Notes: generated by a model not told the origin, from the letters alone. DNA of 64,000 bases from Gammaproteobacteria bacterium (GCA_965116495.1 OZ220696.1:3040001-3104000); one strand, 5' to 3'. Positions 30,136 through 41,262 are shown, numbered from the stretch's first letter. A program made the numbers and translations.

Positions 30136-31167
30136 ATGAGCCAGGAAAAACAACCTTCCCCCGAACTGTTCCTTAACGCTGTCATGGCGTATCGTGATTC
30201 CGCGGCAGTGAAAGGCGCGGTGGAGCTTGAAGTATTTACGGCCCTCGCTCAAGGGTCAAACACAGCGGAGGCGCTGGCAGGGCATTGCCAGGCCGACACG
30301 CGTGGCATGCGCATCCTGTGTGATTACCTGTGCGTGATGGGCCTGCTGGAGAAGTCCGGATCAAACTATTTACTGACGCAGGATTCGGCCGTGTTCCTGG
30401 ACCGGAATTCCCCCGCGTATATGGGAGACATCGTGAACTTCCTGCTCGACCCGTTTTTTATCAGGGATATCGGCGACGTTGCCAGTGCGGTCAGAAAAGG
30501 TGGCGTGGCGACCTCGGCAGCGGGCTCCGACGTGCCCGACCATCCCATGTGGGTGACGTTCGCCCGCTCCATGACCGGCCTGAACCGCATGCCGGCGAGC
30601 CTGCTGGCTGATATCGTCTGCGCCGACCTGGCCGGGACGGATGCCAGGGAGCAGGTCAGGGTGCTGGATATTGCGGCAGGTTCCGGTATCTTCGGTATTA
30701 CCCTGGCGGAGAAACATCCACAGGCCGGGATTACCGCGGTGGACTGGCCCAACGTCCTGGAAGTTGCGCTGGAAAACGCGGAACAGGCCGGACTCGGCCA
30801 CCGCTACAACGCTATTCCGGGCAGCGCCTTCGAGGTCCAGACGGGGACCGGCTACCGGGTGATCCTGCTGTGTAATTTCCTGCACCACTTCGATGCGCCA
30901 ACCTGCTCGAAGTTCCTGGCGCGCATGAAGGATGCCCTGGCCGCCGATGGCAAAGTGTACACGCTGGAATTCGTCCCGAATGAAGACCGGATATCTCCGC
31001 CGTTCGTCGCAGGGTTTGACCTGCACATGCTGCGCCAGACCCCTGCAGGTGACACTTACACCGCTGCTGAATATGGGGAAATTTTTGCCGACGCCGGGCT
31101 TGAGGTGACCGCGGTGACACCGTTATCCGGCACTGCATACACGGTAGTCGTCGCAGGCCGCAATTGA
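30136..31167 (+). CDS. O-methyltransferase (dimerisation + class I SAM domain)
   Basis: KGAVELEVF dimerisation domain, LDIAAGSG, NFLHHF. Confidence 0.88.
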   Translation: MSQEKQPSPELFLNAVMAYRDSAAVKGAVELEVFTALAQGSNTAEALAGHCQADTRGMRILCDYLCVMGLLEKSGSNYLLTQDSAVFLDRNSPAYMGDIVNFLLDPFFIRDIGDVASAVRKGGVATSAAGSDVPDHPMWVTFARSMTGLNRMPASLLADIVCADLAGTDAREQVRVLDIAAGSGIFGITLAEKHPQAGITAVDWPNVLEVALENAEQAGLGHRYNAIPGSAFEVQTGTGYRVILLCNFLHHFDAPTCSKFLARMKDALAADGKVYTLEFVPNEDRISPPFVAGFDLHMLRQTPAGDTYTAAEYGEIFADAGLEVTAVTPLSGTAYTVVVAGRN

Positions 31168-31191
31168 GAAAATAAATCTGTCCCCTTTTTT

Positions 31192-32025
31192 ATGTCCGTC
31201 AAAGCCGAGTTGCTGAACCTGGTGGAAACCGTAGCGGAGCAGGTTGAGTTGCCGCTGGTTGACTGGGTATACATTCCGGAACCCGACCCCGGCCCCGGGC
31301 GCCATACCGAATTCGGCATAGTGACGTTGCGGGACGGTTCCGCCGGTCTTTACTATGCCTGGCTGGGCGCTTCACAGAAAGGCATGGGCAGCCGCTATAA
31401 ACCTGAACAGTTCAGCGGCAGGCATCCCGTCGAACTAGCTCGCTACTGTGCCGGTGACGATGAAGCAGACTGTTCCCTGGGCATGGCCGCCGTCAACGCC
31501 ATCACCCGTCATGTTTTCCGAAAGGCCGGTTTCGCGTCCATGGACGCGCCGGATTCAATGGGGATACTGGACATTGATGCCGCCGACCACGTCGGCATGG
31601 TGGGCTATTTCCCCTCCCTGGTAAAGCGGCTCAGGAACAGCGGGATCAAACTGACGGTCATTGAGAAAAAACCGCAATTCCACAAACAACAGGAGAATTT
31701 CCTGGTCAGCGCGGACCCGCGCACCCTGGAAGGCTGTAACAAGGTCATGATCACTGCATCCACCCTGCTGAACAATTCACTCGACGGTTTGCTGGATTAC
31801 ATCCGGCAGGCACAAAGAAGAGTAATGATCGGCCCCACGGCTGGCTTCTTCCCGGATCCCCTGTTTACCCGTGGCATCGCCACCATCGGCGGCTCGGAGA
31901 TCCGCTTCCCCGACCTGGCGCGACAGCGGTTAAGCGCAAACCTGGGCCTGGGTGGGAGCGCGCGGAAGTTTTTGCTTGCCGCACCTGAATATCCCGGTCT
32001 CGACAGATTAGTGCAGGGATTATGA
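31192..32025 (+). CDS. DUF364/DUF4213-like Rossmann protein
   Basis: SLGMAAVNA, VGMVGYF, ITASTLLNNSL, IGPTA motifs. Confidence 0.75.
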   Translation: MSVKAELLNLVETVAEQVELPLVDWVYIPEPDPGPGRHTEFGIVTLRDGSAGLYYAWLGASQKGMGSRYKPEQFSGRHPVELARYCAGDDEADCSLGMAAVNAITRHVFRKAGFASMDAPDSMGILDIDAADHVGMVGYFPSLVKRLRNSGIKLTVIEKKPQFHKQQENFLVSADPRTLEGCNKVMITASTLLNNSLDGLLDYIRQAQRRVMIGPTAGFFPDPLFTRGIATIGGSEIRFPDLARQRLSANLGLGGSARKFLLAAPEYPGLDRLVQGL

Positions 32026-32058
32026 CAACAGGCGGGCGGAGCCTCCCTGGCAGAATCT

Positions 32059-32201
32059 ATAGGGTCGGACCAACCTAACTATTTGTTTCTGTTCAGTTTA
32101 TGCGCTGAATACGCCCGTTATTTCCTCTTAAACCCCACTTTTAGCCATCAAAATCGAGGCTGTAAAACCCTTTTTTTGAAAAACAGAGTCTGTCCGACCT
32201 T
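32059..32201. repeat. GGGTCGGAC-family inverted element
   Basis: ATAGGGTCGGACC (32059) ... GTCCGACCTT (~32192); an exact reverse-complement copy GGTCCGACCCTAT lies at 55268-55280. Confidence 0.5.
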
Positions 32202-32223
32202 GATCCTGGTTTCATTGACTCCA

Positions 32224-34047
32224 TTATCGAAGAAACTCTTCTGTATAAAGAGAGAGTTCAATGAGACGTTCGAGTAGCTGTTCGCGAGGCAGTCCCGGGA
32301 AGTTCTTGTTGATCATCTCTTTGGCGAACAGCCGGGTTATATAACGTAATTTCAGAGACTTGGTTTTCCTGGAGGCATAAATAAAATCCCGGTGGCCGTT
32401 GTTGATGACGATAAGGTTCTGGTCGGCGTCATAGCGCGAACGCCAGAGTTGTCCCGGCGCGTGTTCGAAGGTATAACCCGGCAGTCCCTGGCGGGTGTCT
32501 GAACGTTCTTTCGTGTCCGGGAGCAGGGAATCGGTAACGGTAATAAGCGCCTCCGCCTCACAGACGATGTCATTTTGCGTTGCAGTGACCCCGATGCGCA
32601 CCAGTCCGGGCTCATCGGATGCCTGGTAGGTCGCAAACACGGAATTCGTTTCGTCAAACTCGCCGGCGCCTTCCAGGATACGCCAAATAAAGGTGAGGTT
32701 TTCCTCCACAAGGTTGCCGTTGCGGTCTCGGGCGATGGCGTGGAGCTTGCGAGATTTGCCGACGCCCAGGGTGCATGAGCCGGGAGAAATTCGCACGCTG
32801 TGCACGGGGCCGGCATATTCAAAGAATTGTTTTTGGCGAGTCTCGGTTTCATTCTCTGTTTCCGGCACGGACAATGCGCTGGTATCCTCTTCCTGCCCTG
32901 CGTGATCTTCTGACGTTGTCGAAGTTCCTGCGCGCTGAATTCGCTGGCGCACATTGATGTCAAACCAGTCATATTCCTCTGCCGGCAAGGTCAGCATTGC
33001 TTCGCGGAACGCGCGCCGGATTGCCCGCAACGTCTCACGGCTGGTGCGTTCTTCTTCCGCGTGTTTCTGCGCATCGATGACTTCTTTCAGCCGGTCGGCC
33101 ACGGGAGCCAGGGATTGGACGAAAGATTCAAATACCTCATCCTGGATTACACCGCTACGGGTTGTCGGCGTAAGGTGCAGAAACGGTGCGTCCACGATCC
33201 CCTGGAGAAATCCCTCATGCCAGGGGGCGCATTGAAAAGCGTCGAGTTGCGCCAGGGATTTCAGAATGCGCGTTCCCGACCGGTACAGTCCGACCTCGTT
33301 TTCGGCGCTGGAATCGTTCAGGTACAACTCGATATAAATGTCGCCATGCACGTTTTTGGCTCCAGGCAGATTATGCAGCAGCCGCCCGGCAAAATCGCGC
33401 GGTTTGACGTCGTACTCCTTACGCGCCTGCCGGTCTATAACCTTGATATGTACCCCCGATTGACGTATCCGTTCCCGCAGCTCCGAGGCGAGATACCACT
33501 GTATCTTCTCACCGCTTAACTGGCGGATGCCGGGAAGTAAGGGTCTGATCTTGAGCCGGGTTCCGGCTTCCGGTACAAGCGTTCGTCTTTTGACGATGCG
33601 ATAGCTCGGATCTCCTTTGCGCATCCGCATTTCATAAATGGTATTGTCTGTGGCCGACGAACTCATGGCCAGTTCTTCCCCCACAGTCCAGAAGCTCAAC
33701 AGGCCGATACCGAATTCACCCTGGACAGCCTGAGAGCCATCCAGTTTGAGACGGCGTTTGATGGAATCACAGATATGGGTGCCGACGTAATGAAAATCGG
33801 GAATGCCTTCAGATGTTCTTGGCACGCCTTCGCCATCATCGGCAACCATAAGAAAATGTTCTCCGTGTTCCCGCCCCCGGGTAATGGTTACCTGACCGGC
33901 GCGGGCATCAATACTGTTTTCAACGAACTCGGCTATGGCCTTGAGCGGGTTTTCTTGTGACAAGGCGATAATAGTGATCGCGTTCCAGGCGTCACCGATC
34001 TTGAGACGTCCGGAATCTTCTTTACGCCGGGATTTACGCTTGCTCAT
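32224..34047 (-). CDS. GHKL (HATPase_c) ATP-binding protein with S5-like and Ig-like domains
   Basis: N-box AIAEFVENSIDA, G1 DDGEG, G2 GEFGIG, GT; FLQGIVDAPFLHLTPTTR transducer; beta-rich VRISPGS...FIWRI segment. Start set at MSKRK. Confidence 0.85.
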   Translation of the reverse strand: MSKRKSRRKEDSGRLKIGDAWNAITIIALSQENPLKAIAEFVENSIDARAGQVTITRGREHGEHFLMVADDGEGVPRTSEGIPDFHYVGTHICDSIKRRLKLDGSQAVQGEFGIGLLSFWTVGEELAMSSSATDNTIYEMRMRKGDPSYRIVKRRTLVPEAGTRLKIRPLLPGIRQLSGEKIQWYLASELRERIRQSGVHIKVIDRQARKEYDVKPRDFAGRLLHNLPGAKNVHGDIYIELYLNDSSAENEVGLYRSGTRILKSLAQLDAFQCAPWHEGFLQGIVDAPFLHLTPTTRSGVIQDEVFESFVQSLAPVADRLKEVIDAQKHAEEERTSRETLRAIRRAFREAMLTLPAEEYDWFDINVRQRIQRAGTSTTSEDHAGQEEDTSALSVPETENETETRQKQFFEYAGPVHSVRISPGSCTLGVGKSRKLHAIARDRNGNLVEENLTFIWRILEGAGEFDETNSVFATYQASDEPGLVRIGVTATQNDIVCEAEALITVTDSLLPDTKERSDTRQGLPGYTFEHAPGQLWRSRYDADQNLIVINNGHRDFIYASRKTKSLKLRYITRLFAKEMINKNFPGLPREQLLERLIELSLYTEEFLR

Positions 34048-34070
34048 AAGAGAAGTCTGAAACTGTGAAG

Positions 34071-34189
34071 CCACAGAGGACACAGAGAAAAAACACCAAG
34101 AATACCGGACACGATGACTATAGACATACAGGCTACGCAGGCATTAAAGATATTCTCGCTTCACTCTGCGCGCTCTGTGTCCTCTGTGG
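34071..34189. repeat. 17-bp perfect inverted repeat (CCACAGAGGACACAGAG)
   Basis: Arms at 34071-34087 and 34173-34189, between cysE and the GHKL ATPase. Confidence 0.85.
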
Positions 34190-34204
34190 TATACCGAATC
34201 TGTA

Positions 34205-34927
34205 TCAATCTGCATCATCTGCAGATTTATCCTTATCCAGTCTCTTCTTCAGTTCCTCCATGTCCTCATCCACCTTGTGCATGTGATCCAGCAGGGTATC
34301 GATCGCATTTTGAACCGGGTCAGGCATGTCTTTACTGCCCCCGTAGGCATCAAAACCGATTTTCCTGGCCATGGCTTCCCGTTGCGCTTTTTTCAATTCA
34401 TCCTCGGCCCTGGATTCCCTTGCGATCACACGGCCCGGTATGCCGACCACCGTGGCGTTATCGGGAACGTCTTTTACCACTACCGCGTTGGAACCGATCC
34501 TGGAATTGGCGCCCAGGGTAATCGGCCCGAGTACCTTGGCGCCGGCGCCGATGATGACACCGTCTTTCAGCGTCGGGTGGCGTTTGCCCTTCTGCCAGGT
34601 GGTGCCGCCCAGGGTGACACCGTGGTAAATGGAGCAGTCATCACCAATCTCCGAGGTCTCGCCGATGACGATACCCATGCCGTGGTCAATAAACAGGCGG
34701 TGGCCGATAGTGGCGCCGGGATGAATCTCCACGCCCGTCAGGAAACGCGACAGGTGCGCGGTGAAGCGGGCCAGCAGGTAAAGCTTTTTTTTCCACAACC
34801 AGTAATTCACGCGATGTAACAGGATCGCGTGGTATCCGGGGCAGGCAATCAGCGTTTCCAGCGCGCTGCGGGAGGCCGGGTCCCGCTCAAAGACCACCTT
34901 GATATCTTCTTTTATCGTGTCAAACAT
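34205..34927 (-). CDS. cysE: Serine O-acetyltransferase
   Basis: [27 protein letters not shown]. Confidence 0.97.
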   Translation of the reverse strand: MFDTIKEDIKVVFERDPASRSALETLIACPGYHAILLHRVNYWLWKKKLYLLARFTAHLSRFLTGVEIHPGATIGHRLFIDHGMGIVIGETSEIGDDCSIYHGVTLGGTTWQKGKRHPTLKDGVIIGAGAKVLGPITLGANSRIGSNAVVVKDVPDNATVVGIPGRVIARESRAEDELKKAQREAMARKIGFDAYGGSKDMPDPVQNAIDTLLDHMHKVDEDMEELKKRLDKDKSADDAD

Positions 34928-34995
34928 GGTTACCCATTAGCCCGCCATTCCTGCGAAGGCAGGAATCAAGAGGACATTTTATTCATTATCCCTGG

Positions 34996-37818
34996 TTACT
35001 CAATCATTTTGCTCAATCGTTCGAGCTGTTCGGACAACCGGGTTATATTGGTATGGATTTCTGCCAGTTTATCACGTTCCTTTTGCACAATTTCGGCCGG
35101 CGCCCTGTCAATGAAATTTTTATTTTCCAGTTTGTTGCCGATACGCTGCCGTTCACTGTTGAGTTTTTCCAGTTGTTTCGCCAGTTTTTCCGCTTCCGCT
35201 TGCGGGTCGATCAAGTCAGCCAGCGGCACCAGGATCGTCATGGCGCCCGCCAGGGCAGCTACCGCGTCATCGGGTTCCGCGGCAGCAACCGTGGTAATGG
35301 TGGATAGTTTGGCCAGGGTGCGGATAAAGTTCCCGTTCTGCTCAAGCCACCGGCGCTCCCGTCCGGTGCCGCCCTTAACCAGGATAGCCAGTGATTTCCC
35401 CGGTGCAATATCCCGCTCCGCGCGGATGCGCCGGACGCCGAGGACGAACGTTTTCAGCCAGTCTATTTCAGCCAGGGCAGGGGAGTTGCTCTCGACAAAC
35501 GCCTGCCAGTCTCCCTGGAAAGCAGCATCTGTACCGATTGTTCCGGCGATCTCGGCAGTAGCTGGATAGGGCTGCAACATGATGGTCTCGCCGTGCCGGT
35601 TCAACAGGGGCGCGACGCGCTGCCACAGTTCCTCGGTAATGTAGGGAATGAAAGGGTGTAACAAACGCAACAGTATTTCCAGGTTACTTGACAGGGTCTG
35701 CAAAACACCCCGCTTGAGTGCTTCGGACGACTCGGGGTCGTTCAGGACGGTTTTCGATAATTCCACGTACCAGTCGCAATATTCATCCCAGGTAAACTCG
35801 TACAGGGCCTGGGCCGCCAGGTCAAAACGGTAATCGGCAATCCCCTGGATAACCCGTTCCGCGGCCTGGCCCAGCCGGGTGCTGATCCAGCGTTCCGCCG
35901 TGCCGTGTTGTACCTCACCGGCATTGACGTCAATGCCCTGTTCCGAGACACACATCATGACATAACGAGAGGCGTTCCAGAGCTTGTTGCAGAAATTGCG
36001 GTAGCCCTGGATGCGGCCTGTGTCAAAGCGGATATCACGTCCCTGGGTGGCAAGCTGGGCAAAAGTGAAACGCAGGGCATCCGTCCCGAACGCGGGGATA
36101 CCGTCCGGAAAGTGCTTGCGCGTCGCCTTTTCAATCCTGGCCTGCGACTGCGGTTGCATCAGGTTGGCCGTCTGTTTTGCCACCAGTGCATCCAGTTCAA
36201 TGCCGTCAATCAGGTCCAGCGGATCCAGGATATTGCCCTTGGACTTGGACATCTTCTGTCCTTCGGAATCCCGCACCAGGCCGGTCACGTACACTTCCCT
36301 GAACGGAACGTCACCCATGAACTTCAGACCCATCATGATCATCCTGGCTACCCAGAAGAAGATGATATCGAAACCGGTGACCAGTACGCTGGTGGGATAG
36401 AACCGTCGCAGTTCCCCGGTCCGTTCAGGCCAGCCCAGTGTGGAGAAGGGCCACAGCGCAGACGAGAACCAGGTATCAAGCACGTCGGGGTCGCGTGTCA
36501 GTTCGACAGCGTCATCCAGGTGGTATTTCTTGCGCACGTGGGCCGCGTCATTTCCGACGTATATGTTTCCGCCGGCATCGTACCAGGCCGGGATCCGGTG
36601 TCCCCACCAGAGCTGGCGGGAGATGCACCAGTCGTTGATATTACGCATCCACTCGAAGTAGGTCTTGGACCAGTTCTCCGGGACGAAGCGGATAGCACCA
36701 CTTTCCACGGCGGCAATGGCCGGCTCCGCCAGCGGCTGGATTTTCACGTACCACTGATCGGTGAGATAGGGTTCAATTGCCGCGCCGGAGCGATCGCCGC
36801 GCGGCACCATGAGGGTGTGATCCTCAATTTTCTCGATCAGTTCCAGGTCTTCCAGGTCTTTGACGATGTGCCGGCGTGCGTTGTAGCGGTCCATGCCGCG
36901 GTACGCGGCCGGGCCGTTTTCATTGATAGCGGTATCAATGGTGAAGATATTCACCAGCGGCAGGTCATGGCGCCGCCCCATTTCGTAATCGTTGAAATCA
37001 TGGGCCGGTGTGATTTTGACACAACCGGTGCCGAAGTCCGGGTCCACGTGGTCATCACAGATAACCGGGATGGTACGACCGGTCAGGGGCAGTTCCACGG
37101 TCCGGCCCGCCAGTTCCCGGTAACGGTCATCCTCCGGGTGTACCGCCACCGCGCTGTCGCCGAGCATGGTTTCGGGGCGCGTAGTCGCCACAACCACGTG
37201 ACCGTCGCCGTCGCTGCGCGGATAACGTATATGCCAGAGATGTCCCTTTTCCTCCTGCGCCAGCACCTCCAGGTCGGAGACGGCCGTATGCAGTACGGGG
37301 TCCCAGTTCACCAGTCTTTTGCCGCGGTAGATGAGCCCTTCATCGTACAAGCGGATAAATACTTCCTGCACCGCATGGGAAAGCCCTGCATCCATGGTGA
37401 AGCGTTCCCGGGTCCAGTCCATGGACGTGCCGAGGCGCCGGGACTGGCGGGTGATGGTATTCCCGGAATGCTCCTTCCAGTCCCACACCGCCCCGATAAA
37501 CTTTTCCCGCCCCAGTTCCAGTCGCGACTGTCCCTTACCTTCCAACTGGCGTTCCACCACCATTTGCGTGGCGATGCCGGCGTGGTCGGTGCCGCATTGC
37601 CACAGCGTGTCGGCGCCGCGCATGCGTTGATAGCGGATCAATATGTCCATCAACGTCTGCTGGAATGCATGTCCCATGTGCAGGCTGCCGGTGACATTGG
37701 GCGGCGGCAGGGCGATGCTGTAGGAACCAGTGCCGCCCCGGGGTTTGAAATATCCCTGTCTTTCCCAGACTTCATACCACAGGGATTCGATGGCTTGCGG
37801 GTCGTAGGTCTTATCCAT
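34996..37818 (-). CDS. valS: Valine--tRNA ligase
   Basis: [30 protein letters not shown]-terminal coiled coil. Start set at MDKTYDP (37818). Confidence 0.98.
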   Translation of the reverse strand: MDKTYDPQAIESLWYEVWERQGYFKPRGGTGSYSIALPPPNVTGSLHMGHAFQQTLMDILIRYQRMRGADTLWQCGTDHAGIATQMVVERQLEGKGQSRLELGREKFIGAVWDWKEHSGNTITRQSRRLGTSMDWTRERFTMDAGLSHAVQEVFIRLYDEGLIYRGKRLVNWDPVLHTAVSDLEVLAQEEKGHLWHIRYPRSDGDGHVVVATTRPETMLGDSAVAVHPEDDRYRELAGRTVELPLTGRTIPVICDDHVDPDFGTGCVKITPAHDFNDYEMGRRHDLPLVNIFTIDTAINENGPAAYRGMDRYNARRHIVKDLEDLELIEKIEDHTLMVPRGDRSGAAIEPYLTDQWYVKIQPLAEPAIAAVESGAIRFVPENWSKTYFEWMRNINDWCISRQLWWGHRIPAWYDAGGNIYVGNDAAHVRKKYHLDDAVELTRDPDVLDTWFSSALWPFSTLGWPERTGELRRFYPTSVLVTGFDIIFFWVARMIMMGLKFMGDVPFREVYVTGLVRDSEGQKMSKSKGNILDPLDLIDGIELDALVAKQTANLMQPQSQARIEKATRKHFPDGIPAFGTDALRFTFAQLATQGRDIRFDTGRIQGYRNFCNKLWNASRYVMMCVSEQGIDVNAGEVQHGTAERWISTRLGQAAERVIQGIADYRFDLAAQALYEFTWDEYCDWYVELSKTVLNDPESSEALKRGVLQTLSSNLEILLRLLHPFIPYITEELWQRVAPLLNRHGETIMLQPYPATAEIAGTIGTDAAFQGDWQAFVESNSPALAEIDWLKTFVLGVRRIRAERDIAPGKSLAILVKGGTGRERRWLEQNGNFIRTLAKLSTITTVAAAEPDDAVAALAGAMTILVPLADLIDPQAEAEKLAKQLEKLNSERQRIGNKLENKNFIDRAPAEIVQKERDKLAEIHTNITRLSEQLERLSKMIE

Positions 37819-38086
37819 GTTCGCCTGGCGGGGTATCGGCCAGGCCACCGGGAGCAGCCTCCTCGTCGAGCACCGGGATGTTTTTCTGGAACATCGGGAA
37901 GGTCTCCTCGAGCACCGGGACATTGTCCTGAAGCGCCTCCGCCGCGACCGGTTGATCCAGTACCGGGATATCGGCATGCCTGACCTCCTGTGTCAGTTCA
38001 GGACAATGTTCCGGGATTTTCGTGCTGTCCCCGCCGGGCAGCGCATCGTTTCTGCGCGCCGTAATACGGCGCCCGTGATCAGACAT
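37811..38086 (-). CDS. Small acidic protein with three (I/V)PVL(D/E) repeats
   Basis: 91 aa, MSDHG...DIPVLDQ...NVPVLEE...NIPVLDEE; overlaps both the holC stop and the valS start, suggesting translational coupling. Confidence 0.65.
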   Translation of the reverse strand: MSDHGRRITARRNDALPGGDSTKIPEHCPELTQEVRHADIPVLDQPVAAEALQDNVPVLEETFPMFQKNIPVLDEEAAPGGLADTPPGEHG

Positions 38087-38516
38087 GGCCGGCCTCGATA
38101 TTGTGGCTGTGCATTTCCAGCCCCCTGGCGCGGTAATCCTTGTAGCGCAGCCTGGCCTGTTGACGTTCTGCCTGGTCGGACGGCACAACCTCGATAATGC
38201 GTTCGTAAGTCTCCGGGTGTTCGGGCAGGTTCCCGGACAGGTTGATAAAGACCTGGCGTTGCAGCGGATCTTCGCCTTCCCAGCCGATGACTACCGGGCA
38301 ATTTGTGCGTTCCGCGGAATCAATGGAAGCATGGGGCACGAAGCTGATGTCCCTGAATGTCCACAGCAGGTCATCGATTGTCGCGGCCTGTTCCCTGGAG
38401 GCGGCGTGGATATAAATGTTATAACCTTCATTCCTGACTTTGTCGGCAAGTTGGCAAATGAAACGGTTGGGAACGACAGACTCAGCGACAATATAAAAGT
38501 CGGCTCTAGCCCGCAT
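38079..38516 (-). CDS. holC: DNA polymerase III subunit chi
   Basis: ADFY, DDLLWTF...SFVPH, ARLRYKDYR; pepA-holC-valS order. Confidence 0.93.
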   Translation of the reverse strand: MRARADFYIVAESVVPNRFICQLADKVRNEGYNIYIHAASREQAATIDDLLWTFRDISFVPHASIDSAERTNCPVVIGWEGEDPLQRQVFINLSGNLPEHPETYERIIEVVPSDQAERQQARLRYKDYRARGLEMHSHNIEAGHV

Positions 38517-38553
38517 ATTTCACCAATTCGCTTGTCATGGACTTCGGCAATGT

Positions 38554-40053
38554 TCAGTTCTGCTGTTCGTGCCGCTGAATCAGGTACTGGACCAGCAATG
38601 GAACGGGGCGGCCTGTTGCACACTTGTTTTTTCCGCTCACCCAAGCGGTTCCGGCTATATCAAGGTGGGCCCAGTGATACTGCCTGGCGAATTTTGCCAG
38701 AAAACACGCGGCGGTGATGGTCCCGGCCTCGCGCCCGCCGATATTTGCCATGTCGGCAAACGGGCTTTCCAGTTGTTTTTCATATTCCTCCCAGATCGGC
38801 AGTTGCCAGGCCCGGTCGCCGGCGGTTTCTCCTGCCTGCAACAGGTCGGTCGCGAGGGAATCCTGGTTACTGAGGAGCCCTGAGGCGTGTTTGCCCAGGG
38901 CAACGATGACGGCGCCGGTCAGCGTGGCGATGTCTATCACCGTGGCGGGTTCGAACCGTTCGCTGTAGGTCAGCGCATCGCACAAAATCAAACGCCCCTC
39001 GGCATCCGTATTCAACACTTCAATGGTCTGGCCGGACATGCTGGTAAAGATATCGCCGGGCTTGGTGGCAGTGCTGCTCGGCATGTTCTCCACAGCCGGG
39101 GTCACGCCCACCATGTTGATCGGCAGTTCCATTGCGGCGACGGCCGCGACCGCGCCGAATACCGATGCCGCGCCGCACATGTCGAATTTCATCTCATCCA
39201 TTGCCGCCGATGGCTTTATCGAGATACCTCCGGTATCAAAGGTAACGCCTTTCCCCACCAGGACCACGGGCTTGCTGTCATCCCCTGCGCCCTGGTACTG
39301 GAACGTAATCAGTTTTGCCGGTTGGGCACTGCCCTGGGATACCGACAGCAGGGAATTCATGCCCAAGTCTTTCATTTCCTCCTCGTCGATAACCGTCACC
39401 TCCACGGAGGGAAAGGTTTTCCCGAGCTCTACGGCCTGTTCGGCCAGGTAAGTGGGTGTGCAGGCGTTGGCGGGACGATTGGCCAGGTCGCGGGTCAGCT
39501 TCACCCCCCCGGCGAGTGCAACGCCGCGCGAGAGTGCGGATTCACAGTGCTGCAAGTCCCCGCGCGTCGGGACCATCAGGGTTATCTTGCGCAGTGATTT
39601 TTTGGGTTCCTTTTTTTTGCTTTTGAAGTCATTAAACTGGTAGAGAGCATGATCAATAAACTGCACCGCGTATTGTATCTTCCAGCGGGAATCCCGGTCT
39701 TTGATATTCAGGCCCGGGAGGAAATTGACTGCCTCGGTCGCGCCGGTCTGTTTTACCTGCTTGATGCTGTTGACGATGATTTTCCGATATTGCCTGTCAT
39801 CCAGGTCATCCTGTTTCCCGCAGCCGACCAGCAGCAGGCGCTCAGCCGGGATCCCGGGGACGTTGTGAAGTAACAGGGACTGGCCAATTTTCCCGTCCAT
39901 ATCACCCTTGCGCAGCAGGTTCGACAGGTACCTGTCACTGGCCTTATCCAGGGCCAGGGCCGCAGGCGTCAGTTTCCGGGACTCATGCACTCCTGCAACC
40001 AGGCATGCGCTACGCTGTTTTTCGGGGCTGCCGCTTTTTATATTGAATTCCAT
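38554..40053 (-). CDS. pepA: Leucyl aminopeptidase PepA
   Basis: VGKGVTFDTGGISIK, MKFDMCGAA, NTDAEGRL. Confidence 0.97.
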   Translation of the reverse strand: MEFNIKSGSPEKQRSACLVAGVHESRKLTPAALALDKASDRYLSNLLRKGDMDGKIGQSLLLHNVPGIPAERLLLVGCGKQDDLDDRQYRKIIVNSIKQVKQTGATEAVNFLPGLNIKDRDSRWKIQYAVQFIDHALYQFNDFKSKKKEPKKSLRKITLMVPTRGDLQHCESALSRGVALAGGVKLTRDLANRPANACTPTYLAEQAVELGKTFPSVEVTVIDEEEMKDLGMNSLLSVSQGSAQPAKLITFQYQGAGDDSKPVVLVGKGVTFDTGGISIKPSAAMDEMKFDMCGAASVFGAVAAVAAMELPINMVGVTPAVENMPSSTATKPGDIFTSMSGQTIEVLNTDAEGRLILCDALTYSERFEPATVIDIATLTGAVIVALGKHASGLLSNQDSLATDLLQAGETAGDRAWQLPIWEEYEKQLESPFADMANIGGREAGTITAACFLAKFARQYHWAHLDIAGTAWVSGKNKCATGRPVPLLVQYLIQRHEQQN

Positions 40054-40167
40054 GATATTCTGTATGCTATATGTAATAAAATCAGGTGGTAGATATTATC
40101 TGATAGCCGGCATTAAAACCAGCCGCCGGCAGCAATATATATATAAACCGAAGCAATAACGCCTGAT

Positions 40168-41262
40168 ATGATCCTTCGACGTTATATTCTCAGAGAAATT
40201 GTAGAGAAACTCGGCTGGATTATCGGTCTTTTGCTGCTGATAATTACCAGCAATCGATTTGTCAGATACCTGGCAGATGCCGCCGCAGGGGTCTTCCCCA
40301 CCGACCTGATGTTCCAGGCGTTGCTCATGAAGATGCTGACAACCTTGCCGAAACTGATGCCCATAGCGGTGTTTCTGGCGGTAATACTCGGCTTGTCAAG
40401 ACTGGCTCGCGACAAGGAATTGACGGCAGTGACGGTTTCGGGCAGTGGCCGCCGGGTTGAACTAGTATCGGTATTGCAGTTTTCCTTTATATTTTCCCTG
40501 ATCGTATTTGCCACCAGTTTTTATATCTCGCCCTGGGCTGCGCAGAATACGGAACAACTGAAAGCCAGGGCTGAAGTGGAAGCGGACACCGCCGGCATCT
40601 CGGCAGGTAATTTCAACGAGATGAGCAAGGGAGAACGGGTCATCTATATTGAACAATCCTCAAGTGACAGGAACCGGATGGAGAATGTTTTTCTGCAAGC
40701 CAGGCAGGGCCGGAAGACCAGCGTGATTAATTCGAACAGTGCAGGCTATAAGAATATTGAAGATTCGGGAGACAAATACATTTTATTTGAAGACGGACGG
40801 CGTTATACGGAGACTTCCGACGCGTTGGACTATCGTATCACCCGGTACAAAACCTACGCCGTTCTGGTTGAACAGGACGAGCAGGAAACCGAATACGTCA
40901 AATTGGAAGCGTTACCTACGTCGACATTGATCGGTTCCGACAGTCCCAAACACAAGGCCGAATTACAGTGGCGCCTTTCATTTGTAATTTCATCGCTGTT
41001 ACTACCCGTACTTGCGGTTGCCCTGAGCCGTTATTCTTTCAGTGAACAGAAATACCTGTCGGCATTCGTGGCCGTGCTGATCTACATCATTTACAGCAAT
41101 TTGCTGGGTATAGCGAAAACCTTGCTGAAAAGAGATGAAATCCCGGCGCATATCGGTTTATGGTGGGTACACCTGGCACTGCTCACCCTGATTGTCCTGG
41201 TCTTTCAAATTCCGCGGTTGCGGCTGAGAAAGAAAAGGATGCCTGCCGGGGCAGTTCCCTGA
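40168..41262 (+). CDS. lptF: LPS export permease LptF
   Basis: YjgP/Q family, AELQWR motif; divergent from pepA. Confidence 0.92.
   Translation: MILRRYILREIVEKLGWIIGLLLLIITSNRFVRYLADAAAGVFPTDLMFQALLMKMLTTLPKLMPIAVFLAVILGLSRLARDKELTAVTVSGSGRRVELVSVLQFSFIFSLIVFATSFYISPWAAQNTEQLKARAEVEADTAGISAGNFNEMSKGERVIYIEQSSSDRNRMENVFLQARQGRKTSVINSNSAGYKNIEDSGDKYILFEDGRRYTETSDALDYRITRYKTYAVLVEQDEQETEYVKLEALPTSTLIGSDSPKHKAELQWRLSFVISSLLLPVLAVALSRYSFSEQKYLSAFVAVLIYIIYSNLLGIAKTLLKRDEIPAHIGLWWVHLALLTLIVLVFQIPRLRLRKKRMPAGAVP

Noticed and set aside
37819-37977. 53-aa N-terminal extension of ValS in the ORF track
   Set aside because: Arg/Ser/Cys-rich off-frame reading of the small IPVL-repeat gene; ValS similarity starts at MDKTYDP.
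35905-37983. 692-aa plus-strand ORF
   Set aside because: Lies antisense to valS with no recognisable motifs; a shadow ORF from codon bias.
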